Assembly: GCA_030647415.1 (NCBI GenBank)
Contig: JAUSKB010000026.1
Location: 74,894 to 138,893 of the forward strand
Origin: a bacterium
Lineage (GTDB): Bacteria > Patescibacteriota > Minisyncoccia > UBA6257 > GWB1-50-10
Reading direction: 5' to 3'
DNA length: 64,000 nucleotides
The position numbers and the translations under genes are program-made. This document shows, piece by piece, positions 9,250 through 19,711 of the stretch; position 1 is the first letter of the stretch, and each line of letters begins with the position of its first letter. The notes below the pieces were generated by a model that was not told the origin of the DNA, did not search any database, and was given only the letters and a program-made list of their open reading frames with translations.

Positions 9250-9633
9250 TTATTCTTTATCTTTTTCCTGTCTACCAGTATCTTTATCAAATTTCATTGT
9301 CTCTTCTCTGCTTGATATCCCAGTGACCCTTCGTAAGACATCCAAAAGGTTGAGAATTTCGATATATGTTTCTTGGAGTTTTTCATCAGTTCTTTTAAAT
9401 TGTTCATCGTATTGCGCCCTCTTATCTACCCACTGGTCGAGTGCGGGGAGCTCTCGCATATCCACCTTTCCTTCTCCAGCAAGATTGTTGTACCCTGCTG
9501 GCACTCTCTGCAAGCGTCCAATTTGGTCAACCACGCTGGTCAAGCTGTCGATACTCTCGCGCATTTTTTGAATACCAGCTTCAAGTCCGCCCTCTTTTGC
9601 CGATTTCGGTTGTTCGGTGTTTGGGATTTCCAT
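9250..9633 (-). CDS. Hypothetical coiled-coil protein
   Basis: 127-aa charged ORF with ATG start. Confidence 0.6.
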   Translation of the reverse strand: MEIPNTEQPKSAKEGGLEAGIQKMRESIDSLTSVVDQIGRLQRVPAGYNNLAGEGKVDMRELPALDQWVDKRAQYDEQFKRTDEKLQETYIEILNLLDVLRRVTGISSREETMKFDKDTGRQEKDKE

Positions 9634-9756
9634 ATTTTTTATTTTACACTATAAGCAGAAAAACACCAACAGAGAGAAGGTTTATTATCCGAGCCACTGC
9701 ACACAGCGCAGGAGCTTAGACTTTAATACGTGGTAATATGTAATCGGTAATAGGAA

Positions 9757-10926
9757 ATGAAAGACCAGGAAATCAAAAAACTCATCGCGCGTGAGGAAGA
9801 GCGCCAGAGGAAGGTGGTCAATTTGATTGCATCGGAAAACTACGTTTCGGACGACGTGCTCGCCGCACTCGGCTCCGTCCTCACCAACAAGTATGCCGAG
9901 GGGTACCCCGGCCGCCGCTACTACGGCGGGAACGAAATCATGGACGAGGTCGAGGAGGTCGCGAGAAAGCGGGCACTAAAGCTCTTCAAGCTCTCGCCGA
10001 AGCGGTGGGCAGTGAACGTCCAGCCGCTCTCCGGCTCCCCCGCAAACCTCGCGGTTTATCTCGCGCTTGTCCCCCCCGGTGGGAAGATCATGGGACTCTC
10101 GCTCGCAATGGGTGGCCACCTCACGCACGGTTCACCTGTTTCTGCGACCGGAAAGCTTTGGACGTGGGTACACTACGGCGTGGACCAGAAAACGGAGCGG
10201 TTGAATTACAACGCCATACTGAAACTGGCGAAAAAGGAAAGGCCAAATCTCGTCGTCTGCGGCTTCACCGCCTACTCCCGAACCATTGATTTCAAGAAAT
10301 TCCGGAAAATCGCCGACGCGGCAGGCGCGTATCTCATGGTGGATATGTCACATATCGCGGGGCTCGTCGCGGCAGGCGCGTATCCTTCTCCATTTCCACA
10401 CGCCGACGTCGTGACCACCACGACGCACAAAACACTGCGTGGTCCGCGGGCGGCAATCGTATTCTCAAACAAACAAATACCAATCACTGAGGTGATTGAT
10501 AAGGCTGTCTTCCCCGGCCTCCAAGGCGGGCCACACATGAATACGATTGCGGCCGTGGCCGTCGCGCTCGCGGAGGCGGCGACGCCAGCATTCAAACGGT
10601 ACGCGAGGCAGGTCGTGCGGAACGCGGCGGCGCTCGCTGGCGCACTTGCCCGCCTTGGTTGGCGGGTCGTCTCCGGCGGCACCGACACGCACCTCTTCCT
10701 CGTAGACACGATGGCGGGCGGCATCTCAGGCAAGCTCGCGAGCGAGAAACTCGAGCGGGCGGGCATTATCGTGAACAAAAACACGATCCCCTTCGACACA
10801 CGAAAGCCGACCGACCCTTCCGGCATTCGTCTCGGTACCGCCGCGGTCACGACGCGCGGTATGAAGGAGGCGGATATGCGCCGCCTCGCCCGTCGCATCA
10901 ACCGAGCGCTCTGCGACAAGCGGTAA
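9757..10926 (+). CDS. glyA: Serine hydroxymethyltransferase
   Basis: LIASEN, NKYAEGYPGRRYYGG, TTTTHKTLRGPR. Confidence 0.97.
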   Translation: MKDQEIKKLIAREEERQRKVVNLIASENYVSDDVLAALGSVLTNKYAEGYPGRRYYGGNEIMDEVEEVARKRALKLFKLSPKRWAVNVQPLSGSPANLAVYLALVPPGGKIMGLSLAMGGHLTHGSPVSATGKLWTWVHYGVDQKTERLNYNAILKLAKKERPNLVVCGFTAYSRTIDFKKFRKIADAAGAYLMVDMSHIAGLVAAGAYPSPFPHADVVTTTTHKTLRGPRAAIVFSNKQIPITEVIDKAVFPGLQGGPHMNTIAAVAVALAEAATPAFKRYARQVVRNAAALAGALARLGWRVVSGGTDTHLFLVDTMAGGISGKLASEKLERAGIIVNKNTIPFDTRKPTDPSGIRLGTAAVTTRGMKEADMRRLARRINRALCDKR

Positions 10927-10936
10927 AAAAACCCAA

Positions 10937-10984
10937 AAAATTCTCATTCTAACCCCGCCATGGCGGGGTTAGAATGAGAATTTT
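10937..10984. repeat. 48-bp perfect palindrome
   Basis: aaaattctcattctaaccccgcca|tggcggggttagaatgagaatttt. Confidence 0.85.
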
Positions 10985-11027
10985 CCGCGCCTGTACACAG
11001 CGCGCCGGTCCGAATACCATTACCATC

Positions 11028-11912
11028 ATGGTCATCAACGGAAAGCGAATGGCCCAGGACGTCATAGGGCATCTGAAGGCGCTCCCGCGGCCAGACCGGT
11101 TCCTCGTCGCCATCGTCGCGCGAACGGACGAAGCGACCCAGAGCTTCATTCGCCAGAAGGAGCGCACGGCACACGAGCTCGGCATTAATTTCCGCGTCTA
11201 TCAATGCTCCGGGAGCGTCACCACCGACGAGGTCGCAGGTACCGTCCTCGCGTATGTGGCGGACCCGGCCTGCGGCGGCATCGTAATCCAGCTCCCGCTC
11301 CCGCCACAGGTGAGCCTGGCCGCCGTGCTCGCCGAACTCCCCGTCGAAAAGGATGTGGATGCTATCGGCGAGCAAGCCATACGAGCTCTGGCGGCCGGGA
11401 CGGCGCAAGTGCTCCCGCCTGCCGTCGGAACGGTCCGGCACATTATCCTCTCCATCCTCGGCATACCCCAGGAAGCCATGCCTGGCGAGGAGGATGGTGC
11501 GGTGACCGCATGGCTCTCGTCGCGCCGCGTCGCCATCCTCGGCCGCGGTATCCTCGTCGGCCAGCCCGTCGCCCGCTGGCTCGAGGGGAAGGTGCCGAAT
11601 CTGACGACAATCGACGTCGGCGACGACCACTCCCCCGTACGCGATGCGGACCTGGTGGTCTCCGGCATGGGCCAGGCGGGCGGGCTGAAACCGAATGACT
11701 TGCGGCCAGGCACGACAGTCATCGACTTCGGATACTCGAAGGTAACAGGTAATGAGCAAGAGGTGATAGGAAAGAAAATTTCAGGGGACCTGGATACATC
11801 CGAACTTCAAACTTCAAACTTACAGCGTATAAACTTCACACCGACCCCCGGCGGAACTGGCCCCATCCTCGTCGCGCAACTTTTCGAGAATTTCTACGAG
11901 CTGAACCAGTAG
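11028..11912 (+). CDS. folD: Methylenetetrahydrofolate dehydrogenase/cyclohydrolase
   Basis: MVINGK start, GIVIQLPLP, EKDVDA, TPTPGGTGP; follows glyA. Confidence 0.9.
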   Translation: MVINGKRMAQDVIGHLKALPRPDRFLVAIVARTDEATQSFIRQKERTAHELGINFRVYQCSGSVTTDEVAGTVLAYVADPACGGIVIQLPLPPQVSLAAVLAELPVEKDVDAIGEQAIRALAAGTAQVLPPAVGTVRHIILSILGIPQEAMPGEEDGAVTAWLSSRRVAILGRGILVGQPVARWLEGKVPNLTTIDVGDDHSPVRDADLVVSGMGQAGGLKPNDLRPGTTVIDFGYSKVTGNEQEVIGKKISGDLDTSELQTSNLQRINFTPTPGGTGPILVAQLFENFYELNQ

Positions 11913-12038
11913 GCTCAAATGAATCACGACAAATATACGATTACTGACGGCCGTGGCTAATCGTATATTCGCCACGCAGAAGCAGTGAATGTTACCCTAG
12001 ATTATAACCTAGGGTAACTTATGCATTCAGAATCTATC

Positions 12039-12067
12039 TTGACATATCTGTTGTAATAGTGTATGAT
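12039..12067 (+). promoter_or_regulatory. Sigma70-like promoter
   Basis: TTGACA-N17-TATGAT. Confidence 0.65.
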
Positions 12068-12307
12068 GTAGACACAGTTCATTCCTAAATTCTGACCTCA
12101 AATGCAACTGGAGGTGGACACCTGGATATTGAGAGCTGGATATGCGTTTGAAGGGCGGTCAGTAGGGAGGAATGAGAAAAGGATAGGAACACTCTCATCT
12201 TTTTCCCGTTTCTTCACAATTCAATAACGAAGGAACTGGTGAGATGCCGTTTGGATTCACTAAGAATCGAATTGCATTTCAAAGTCGAATTTTCGAGAGA
12301 GGTTGTC

Positions 12308-12595
12308 ATGAGTACAAAAAAGTTTTTTGCGGTGATTTCCCCATTTTTATTTTTTGTCGCTGCCGGGATGTCAGCGATGATTCTCTCCGCCGGCGAAAAT
12401 GCGAGGTTGATCGGCGGACCCCACTGGGAAATGGGTGGAGTCGCCCTCTTCGGAATTGTGCTGGGCGCATACGGCATGAGGAGGATGTCCGAAAAGGGTG
12501 GTGATGACGGAATCCCGATGGCCGCGCTCGTGGTCATGATCATGCTGTGCCTGATCGTCGGGATGGTCTCCACGGCCGCCCCGCTCTTCGTGTAG
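12308..12595 (+). CDS. Small 3-TM hypothetical membrane protein
   Basis: ATG after GAGAGGT; three hydrophobic segments; hairpin aaagcccc...ggggcttt downstream. Confidence 0.65.
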   Translation: MSTKKFFAVISPFLFFVAAGMSAMILSAGENARLIGGPHWEMGGVALFGIVLGAYGMRRMSEKGGDDGIPMAALVVMIMLCLIVGMVSTAAPLFV

Positions 12596-12744
12596 GGTGG
12601 CAAAAGACAGTAAAGCCCCAACAAACATCGTCGGGGCTTTGCACTTGCAGTGGCAACCAAAAGCCCCGGCACATCGCCGGGAATTTTCATATTTACTCCG
12701 TTATATATCTCAATCTTACTATTTTTCCCCCTTCTTATGAGCCA

Positions 12745-12773
12745 TTGACATTATAAATATTCGGTGATATAAT
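12745..12773 (+). promoter_or_regulatory. Consensus sigma70 promoter
   Basis: TTGACA-N17-TATAAT exact. Confidence 0.75.
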
Positions 12774-12823
12774 CACTTCAGTTTTTCACCACTTAACAAT
12801 TCACCAACAAAAAGAGGTTTTGT

Positions 12824-14173
12824 ATGAAGATTATCGATCGGTTCCTCGAAAACATGGATCGCTCTATCATGGAGCGAGACCCCGTTGAAGAGGCTCGTGC
12901 GGAGCAGGTGGGGCCAACACTAATATTCCTACTCGTCACCGCGGGACTACTCACCTCGATGGAGCTTCGATGGTTCGTTGTTTCATGGCTCGCGCTTGGC
13001 TTCATCGCACTTGCGGCGCGGGTGTGGTTTCTTGCCGACCAGAGGAAGGGGTCCAATTTCTTCCTGCGATTTCTCGCGGGGGAATTAGCGGTACTGCTCC
13101 GATCGGGTGACTTCGTGTGGTACCTGTCGTTCTGGCCAGTGAGCTTAATTGCCTCAACGATTTTCTTCCTAGCTGGGTGGAGGATCACAAGCTTTGCGGA
13201 ACGGCTGGAACGAGAGCTCTCCTCACTCTACCTCCAGGGCGGGAAGTACCACGGCATACACGGCGACACCGCCTGGCAGTTCGCCAACAGCGACATTGCG
13301 GCGCTCCAAGCAACAGGAGCGAGCGCGGTGAGAGCTATCGAGGAAATGCCGGCAACCGTCGAGCGGAAATCGAAATTTGCGCTCGCCTGCGGCTCGATAC
13401 TCGCATTCCTCGCAAGTCCATTCGGCGTAGTCCAGAGTCGGGCTCAGGAAAAACCGAGGGACTTTATCTTCGGCTCAACCGTGCTCGGCATCGAACCGGA
13501 CTTCACGCTCTCCCTCGCGCGTCTGGGAGCCCGCGGACAACGGGGATCGTTCCAGTACCTCGCTGAAGTGGAGTTCGCCGGAACACCGAAGCTCCGAATA
13601 GCATCGATGCGACGCGCGCTCAATCCAGTGGTAGGCGTGAAAGCCGGACAGTTCTCGACACCACAGCTCCAGATCGCGCCGCCGCCAGCAAAATCCCCCT
13701 TCGCGCACGACTTCGCTCACGCGAATGAAATTTCACCGCTTGCACGAGGGCTGGGCATCGACATCGCGATCGGCAGCATCAAAAGCGAGGTGATGATGAG
13801 TAGAGAGCGACTTCGAACGCGGGTCATGGCAAACATGTCCGCATCGCTCGGAAAATTCGGAGCACTCGTCGTGGGAGACGCATTCCGCGGATTCACGAAG
13901 GCGGGTGTAGAAATAACCTGGTCCGATAGTTCATTTGAGAGCCATGCGGGCATCATGGGAACTAACGAGCGGGCTCCGTCCATCTGGGTGACTGGTGCCT
14001 ACACCATAACCGACGGGCTCCGCGCTCTCGCGCGCTACGAACGGTCGCCTTGGTTGAAACGTAAGGAGCAGTGGACCTTCGGTTTCAGTTATCTCATTGA
14101 GACCATCCTCCTGCGCGGCAGTTGGGCGAGCGACGAGAAGGATGTACGCATTCAACTTGCGTACACGTTCTGA
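12824..14173 (+). CDS. Hypothetical protein: N-terminal TM helices plus beta-barrel/porin-like C-terminal domain
   Basis: Amphipathic strands, VKAGQF motif, C-terminal RIQLAYTF. Confidence 0.6.
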   Translation: MKIIDRFLENMDRSIMERDPVEEARAEQVGPTLIFLLVTAGLLTSMELRWFVVSWLALGFIALAARVWFLADQRKGSNFFLRFLAGELAVLLRSGDFVWYLSFWPVSLIASTIFFLAGWRITSFAERLERELSSLYLQGGKYHGIHGDTAWQFANSDIAALQATGASAVRAIEEMPATVERKSKFALACGSILAFLASPFGVVQSRAQEKPRDFIFGSTVLGIEPDFTLSLARLGARGQRGSFQYLAEVEFAGTPKLRIASMRRALNPVVGVKAGQFSTPQLQIAPPPAKSPFAHDFAHANEISPLARGLGIDIAIGSIKSEVMMSRERLRTRVMANMSASLGKFGALVVGDAFRGFTKAGVEITWSDSSFESHAGIMGTNERAPSIWVTGAYTITDGLRALARYERSPWLKRKEQWTFGFSYLIETILLRGSWASDEKDVRIQLAYTF

Positions 14174-14188
14174 ATCCCATAAAACATG

Positions 14189-14213
14189 GCCCCGGCACAT
14201 CGCCGGGGCTTTC
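14189..14213. terminator. Intrinsic terminator hairpin
   Basis: gccccggc-acatc-gccggggc-ttt; near-copy at 12663-12687. Confidence 0.65.
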
Positions 14214-14254
14214 ACTTTCATCTTGTGATATTTAAATATTTAAACTTTCTATTT

Positions 14255-15325
14255 CTATTCCTCCTCCTTTCCCACACCGGATTTCGGAGGGATGACGCCT
14301 GAGGCGACAAGCTTCATACGCGCCTCGGAGGCGACGAGCGTCGCCTTCTTAATCGCGCCTAAGAGCTTCCCGTCCTCCTTCAGCCGGTTCCGCACCGTGT
14401 CGAACCCGACGCCGAGTTTCTCGCCTTCATAACTGTAGCTCGCACCTGCCTTCTTCACCACATCCAAGGCGATTGCGGTATTCAGCACATCCCCCTCATA
14501 CGAGATACCTTGTCCGAAAAGGATGTCGAACTCGGCGATCTTAAAGGGCGGCGCCACCTTGTTCTTCGCGACCTTCACCTTCACGCGGTTTCCGACACTG
14601 TCCTCCCCCTTCTTAATCTGCGCGGTGCGGCGAATGTCGAGGCGGACCGAGGCGTAGAATTTCAGCGCCAGGCCGCCCGGTGTCGTTTCGGGGTTTCCGA
14701 ATACGATGCCGATCTTCATGCGAATCTGATTGATAAAAATGACGATGGTGCCGGACTTCGCCGCAATCGCGGTGAGCTTCCGGAGCGCCTGCGACAAGAG
14801 ACGCGCCTGGAGCCCCATGTGCGACGCACCCATCTCGCCCTCGATTTCCGCGCGCGGCGTCAAGGCCGCGACCGAGTCCACCACCACGATATCAATGATG
14901 TTCGAGCGGACGAGACTCTCCACGATGTTCAGCGCCTCCTCCCCGTTGTCCGGCTGTGAGACGATGAGGTCCTTCACCTTCACTCCGATGCGCCCCGCGT
15001 ACTCGGGGTCCAGGGCGTGCTCCGCATCGATGAAGGCGGCCTTCCCGCCCTTCTTCTGCACCTCGGCGACAGCATGGAGCGCGAGTGTGGTCTTGCCCGA
15101 CGACTCGGGACCATAGATTTCGATGACGCGCCCCTTTGGCAGGCCGCCGCCAAGCGCGAGGTCGAGCGAAAAGGAGCCGGAGGAGACGGTCTCCACCTTC
15201 TGCCGCATCCCTGTTCCCATCTGCATGACCGCGCCCTCGCCGAACCGCGACTGGAGCGATTCCATAAGCGTCTCGAGGTCCTTTGTATCCGCTTCCTTAG
15301 GAGCCGGTTTTGGTTTCGGTGCCAT
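14255..15325 (-). CDS. recA: Recombinase RecA
   Basis: [28 protein letters not shown]. Confidence 0.98.
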   Translation of the reverse strand: MAPKPKPAPKEADTKDLETLMESLQSRFGEGAVMQMGTGMRQKVETVSSGSFSLDLALGGGLPKGRVIEIYGPESSGKTTLALHAVAEVQKKGGKAAFIDAEHALDPEYAGRIGVKVKDLIVSQPDNGEEALNIVESLVRSNIIDIVVVDSVAALTPRAEIEGEMGASHMGLQARLLSQALRKLTAIAAKSGTIVIFINQIRMKIGIVFGNPETTPGGLALKFYASVRLDIRRTAQIKKGEDSVGNRVKVKVAKNKVAPPFKIAEFDILFGQGISYEGDVLNTAIALDVVKKAGASYSYEGEKLGVGFDTVRNRLKEDGKLLGAIKKATLVASEARMKLVASGVIPPKSGVGKEEE

Positions 15326-16004
15326 TGGTGTGTGGTTCTTGCAACACGGCGGCCGGCGACGATTCCGGTTGGTAGAAGACCTGTTCGGTCCTGGTCACTT
15401 CGCGACCCAGGAATCGCTTCGCCTGGAACACAAACGTATTAAACCCCGGCTCGAGCCGCACCTGCTTTGTAAAACTCCCATCCGGCCCGAGACGCAACAG
15501 CTCGCGGTTCACCGAAACCTCGTCGGCCGGGTCTGCGGTACCCGCGAGGATGAACGACGGCGCTGTCACCACCACCCTACCCACGGGGCTCGTCACCGAG
15601 AGCGCTGGCGTCCCGGTGATCGCTGGCAGGCGAACGATGAGGTACGTGATGATGAGTGCTGCAACGACAATCGCGATAATAAGCCGCTTTGAGAGCCACC
15701 GTGACGTCGTGAACCGGTTCTCGGGGAGGGTGTCGCGCTTACCCGAACGTCGAATATCGGTATGCTCGCGAACGTATGCCTGCCACAGCGAGCTTCCGTC
15801 GAGACTGAGGGTTTCCGCAACCTTCAAAACATACCCACGAGTGTACGGAACTGCCGGCAAAAGCTCGAAGGTCTCGTTCACGAGACTGGTCAGGTAGCGC
15901 TCGGAGATGCCGGTCGAAAGCGACAGCTTCTCGATGGAAAGGTTTCGTCCCCGGAGCGCATCTAGAATCATCGCGGAAACGGTTTGTGTGGGCTCGTGGT
16001 CCAT
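15297..16004 (-). CDS. RodZ-like HTH membrane protein with Ig-like C-terminal domain
   Basis: HTH with YTRGYV, single TM, located between ftsK and recA. Confidence 0.7.
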   Translation of the reverse strand: MDHEPTQTVSAMILDALRGRNLSIEKLSLSTGISERYLTSLVNETFELLPAVPYTRGYVLKVAETLSLDGSSLWQAYVREHTDIRRSGKRDTLPENRFTTSRWLSKRLIIAIVVAALIITYLIVRLPAITGTPALSVTSPVGRVVVTAPSFILAGTADPADEVSVNRELLRLGPDGSFTKQVRLEPGFNTFVFQAKRFLGREVTRTEQVFYQPESSPAAVLQEPHTNGTETKTGS

Positions 16005-16028
16005 GGTTAGTCGGTGACGGCTTCTATA

Positions 16029-18146
16029 TTACTCCTCTCCCCCGACTTCGTACACTTCCCGCGGCTTCGCCCCCTCGCCGGGACCGATGACACCGCGCTC
16101 CTCCATCATGTCGAGGAGGCGCGCCGCGCGGGCGTACCCGACCTTCAACCGGCGCTGGAGGAGGGAGGCGGAGGCCTTCTGTGCAACCTTCACCAACTCG
16201 ACCGCCTGCACGTACAGTGCGTCATCATCGCCATCTTCCGCGAATCCCTCAAAGAGTCCCTTACTATCACCGATGCCGAGCCCTGTCGCCTCATTCCCCC
16301 CGTTTACCGCCTCGATCATAATAGAGCTCTCACGAGGCTCGTTATTGTCCCGGATGAACGAAGTGACCGCTTTAATCTCTTCTTCGGGTACGAAAGCGCC
16401 CTGGATGCGCCGCGGTTTCGAGAGCTCGGCAGAGACGAGGAGCAGGTCGCCACGGCCCAATAGTTTCTCCGCGCCCCCAGTGTCCAAGATGGTTCTCGAG
16501 TCGATTTGGCTCGCCACCTGAAGTGCGATGCGCGTCGTGATGTTCGCCTTGATGAGACCGGTGACGACCTCGACCGAGGGGCGCTGGGTCGAAACGATGA
16601 GGTGGATACCAGTCGCACGCGCCATCTGGGCGAGCCGGATGATGGACCCCTCGACCTCACGGCCATAGGTCTGCATGAGATCCGCGAGTTCGTCAATGAC
16701 GATGACGATGTAGGAGAGCTTCTCGCCCGCCGATTTATTGTAGCTGCCAACATCCCGTGCCCCCGCAGTAAGGAGCGTCTCGTAGCGGCGGTCCATCTCC
16801 TGGATGACCCACCGGAGTGCCCCGATGGCGTGTTTGTTATCGGTCACGACTGGCGCAATGAGGTGCGGCAGGCCGTCATAGATCGAGAGCTCCACCCGCT
16901 TTGGGTCAATAAGAATGAGGTTCAGCATCTCCGGGGAATTTTTATAGAGCAGTGAGAGTAGGATGCTGTGAATGGTGATGGATTTACCTGACCCAGTTGC
17001 ACCAGCGACCATAAGGTGCGGCATCTTCTCGATGTTTAGGAAGATGGGCTCGCCCTGCACGTTCCTGCCTAATGCGAATGTGAGCGGGTCCGCCTTCTGG
17101 AACTCGGGGTAGAGGAGGAGGCTCCCCAGTCGGACCATTGCCGCCGCCTTGTTCGGCACTTCGATGCCGACGAGCGACTTGCCCGGAATTGGCGCCTCGA
17201 TGCGGATAGGATGCGCCGCGAGCGAGAGTGCGAGGTCCGGCGAGAGCGCGGTGATGCGGGAAATCTTCACCCCTTCCGCCGGCTTCAGGGTGTACCGGGT
17301 GATGGTGGGGCCCACGCTAATTTCACCCATCTCCACCGGAATGCCGAAGCTGTCGAGGGTTCGCTTAATGATGTTTGCGTTCGCCTGGAGGTCACCCGCG
17401 GTCGGCTTCTCCACGGATGAGACGAGGAGCGAGAGTGGGGGGGCAATATAATTCCGAATTGGTTTCTGCTTTGCCGCCCGCGGTGCATCCAGTTCCGGTC
17501 CTGGTGCCGCCTCCAACTCTTTCGTGTGGCGGCTCGCCCTCCGGTCAGATTCGCCGTCAGTGCTCGCCATAAGCGCATCTGGAGCAGACGCCGTTTCCTG
17601 GATTGGCACGAGTTTATTATCTGCCACATCCCGTGCACGGCCGAAGAGGCGGGATAGTAGTGAGAGTTTGAATGGCCGATTCACCATCGTGAGGAACGAG
17701 ATGGTGAGGAGCGCGACCATAATAATGACTGATGCGGGCACGCCAAACGGCACTTGTAGTTTCCCCACAACAGTCCCAATCCATCCGCCGCTACCCGGGA
17801 AGATGATGTCAATGAACCCAAGACCGGAGAGGACGAATATGCAGGCGCCGATAAGCGTTACCCCAACCAGTCTGGTACGTTCCGGCGCAAAAAATGAGGC
17901 GGCGATTAAAAAGCAGGTGAGGGGAATGAGCACGTACCCCCACCCGAAGAGCGTCTCCATGATCCCATAGAACCACCCGCCGGCCGGACCGGCCTGACCC
18001 GCGGCAGCAAGTATCGCGAGTAAGCCCGCGCCAAAAAACACGACGATCCAAATTACCTTCCGAATGTCCGGATGAAGGTTTACGAATGGAGATTCGGGAC
18101 GGCGCGATTCGCGATCCCGCTGTTCTCTAGTGCGACGAGCGGTCAT
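16029..18146 (-). CDS. ftsK: DNA translocase FtsK
   Basis: 4 TM, AGATGSGKS, IDELADLM, ASASLLQRRLKVGYARAAR gamma domain. Confidence 0.97.
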   Translation of the reverse strand: MTARRTREQRDRESRRPESPFVNLHPDIRKVIWIVVFFGAGLLAILAAAGQAGPAGGWFYGIMETLFGWGYVLIPLTCFLIAASFFAPERTRLVGVTLIGACIFVLSGLGFIDIIFPGSGGWIGTVVGKLQVPFGVPASVIIMVALLTISFLTMVNRPFKLSLLSRLFGRARDVADNKLVPIQETASAPDALMASTDGESDRRASRHTKELEAAPGPELDAPRAAKQKPIRNYIAPPLSLLVSSVEKPTAGDLQANANIIKRTLDSFGIPVEMGEISVGPTITRYTLKPAEGVKISRITALSPDLALSLAAHPIRIEAPIPGKSLVGIEVPNKAAAMVRLGSLLLYPEFQKADPLTFALGRNVQGEPIFLNIEKMPHLMVAGATGSGKSITIHSILLSLLYKNSPEMLNLILIDPKRVELSIYDGLPHLIAPVVTDNKHAIGALRWVIQEMDRRYETLLTAGARDVGSYNKSAGEKLSYIVIVIDELADLMQTYGREVEGSIIRLAQMARATGIHLIVSTQRPSVEVVTGLIKANITTRIALQVASQIDSRTILDTGGAEKLLGRGDLLLVSAELSKPRRIQGAFVPEEEIKAVTSFIRDNNEPRESSIMIEAVNGGNEATGLGIGDSKGLFEGFAEDGDDDALYVQAVELVKVAQKASASLLQRRLKVGYARAARLLDMMEERGVIGPGEGAKPREVYEVGGEE

Positions 18147-18215
18147 GGAGTACGTGTGTGCCGAGATGGAGAAACAGTTCTATTAAAGCTGAAAATGAGG
18201 TACCATGCAATTAAT

Positions 18216-18316
18216 CCTGTTAGAAGTTTACATACACATAGGACTGGTTGTAGGCGTGTCGGTGCCAGCACTTCCCTGTGGATATCACAAGTGTGTGTGG
18301 GTAAACTTCTAACAGG
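18216..18316. repeat. 100-bp inverted-repeat element copy 3
   Basis: cctgttagaagtttac ... gtaaacttctaacagg. Confidence 0.9.
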
Positions 18317-18376
18317 TCGTTCGACTCTGAGAGTCTCGGACTCGAAGAGATAAACCCGCCACATAAAACCTAACCA

Positions 18377-18805
18377 ATGTCCCACTTGCAACGACTTTCA
18401 CCAAGTATATTCCGCGCCTATGACATCCGCGGGGAGTACCCCCGTGAGGTAAACGCCTATGTGGTAGAGACCGTCGCGGCGGCAATTGGCAGCTTGTTCC
18501 CGCCGGGACCCATGATTGTCGCGCACGACGGCCGCACCAGCTCGCCGGCGCTCGCATTCGCGGTGCTTCGCGGGCTTGCCTCGGTCCGCTCGCGGGCAAG
18601 GCTCATTGACCTCGGCACTACCACGACGCCGATGTTCTATTTTTTTGTCGAGCGCCTAAAGGCCGCGGGCGGCATTATGGTGACCGCATCGCACAACCCG
18701 AAGACTATGAATGGCCTGAAGGTGGTCGGGGCGCACGCCGTTATGATTCCCGGTACTGAACTTGCGGCGTTGGTCCATAAAAAATCCCATGCTCAAAACG
18801 CGTAA
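18377..18805 (+). CDS. Phosphomannomutase/phosphoglucomutase, N-terminal domain (split gene)
   Basis: IFRAYDIRG, MVTASHNP. Confidence 0.85.
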   Translation: MSHLQRLSPSIFRAYDIRGEYPREVNAYVVETVAAAIGSLFPPGPMIVAHDGRTSSPALAFAVLRGLASVRSRARLIDLGTTTTPMFYFFVERLKAAGGIMVTASHNPKTMNGLKVVGAHAVMIPGTELAALVHKKSHAQNA

Positions 18806-19706
18806 CTATGCAGGCGAGTATGCCTTGTTCCTCCGCACCTTTCTCGCTCCCGCCCGCCCGCTCCGGGTCGTCTTCGATTTCTCGAACGGTCCTGCGGGCA
18901 TAATCGTCCCCGACGTGGTCCGGAGCGAACCGAACCTCACCGCGTTTTTCGTTGACCGGGCGCTCTCGGGAAACTTCCCGGGACACGGACCAAACCCACT
19001 CGCCGGCGCCGGTCTCCTACACCTCCATACGGAGGTTCTTGCCCGGCACGCGAACCTGGGGCTCATCTTCGACGCGGACGGCGACCGGGTCTTCGTTGTG
19101 GACGAGCGTGGCCGGTGGGTGCCACCCCACCTCGTGGCACACCTCCTTGCGCGGAGGGCGGCAACGCCCTTCGTATTCGATACCCGGACGGCGCTCGCAC
19201 TCCGGTACGCGGGTCTTTTCGAACCCGCGGCGGCAATTCTCTCCCCAGTCGGCTCCGTCTACATAAAGGAACGGATGCGGGCGAGTGGGGCGGGGTTCGG
19301 CGCCGAGTATTCCGGCCACTACTACTTCAAGGAGTTTCTCTCCGTGGATTCGGGCATCCTCGCCGCCGTGAACGTCCTGAATGCCGTCTCCCGTCTTCCC
19401 TACTCGCTCGCGGAGTTCGTCGACCTTGCCCCCCGCGACGTCCGGTTCGAGGAGCGGAATATGCCCACGAAGAAGCCACGCGTCACCGTCGCTGCGCTCA
19501 CGAGCGCGCTCCGGCCGGGCGCGCGACGCGTCACGCCCGCCGCCCGGATGATAGGCGTCCAAGACGGCATGGTCATCGAGGCGGATGCATGGTTCGCCAC
19601 GGTCCGCCCCTCGAACACCGAGCCATTGGTCCGCGTCTGCGTCGGTAGCATCGAACCGCGCATCACCAAGGAAAAGCGCGTGGTGCTCGCTGCGTTTTCG
19701 GTATAG
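18789..19706 (+). CDS. Phosphomannomutase/phosphoglucomutase, C-terminal domains (split gene)
   Basis: FDADGDR, AEYSGHYYF, VRPSNTEP. Confidence 0.85.
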   Translation: MLKTRNYAGEYALFLRTFLAPARPLRVVFDFSNGPAGIIVPDVVRSEPNLTAFFVDRALSGNFPGHGPNPLAGAGLLHLHTEVLARHANLGLIFDADGDRVFVVDERGRWVPPHLVAHLLARRAATPFVFDTRTALALRYAGLFEPAAAILSPVGSVYIKERMRASGAGFGAEYSGHYYFKEFLSVDSGILAAVNVLNAVSRLPYSLAEFVDLAPRDVRFEERNMPTKKPRVTVAALTSALRPGARRVTPAARMIGVQDGMVIEADAWFATVRPSNTEPLVRVCVGSIEPRITKEKRVVLAAFSV

Positions 19707-19711
19707 TAACC

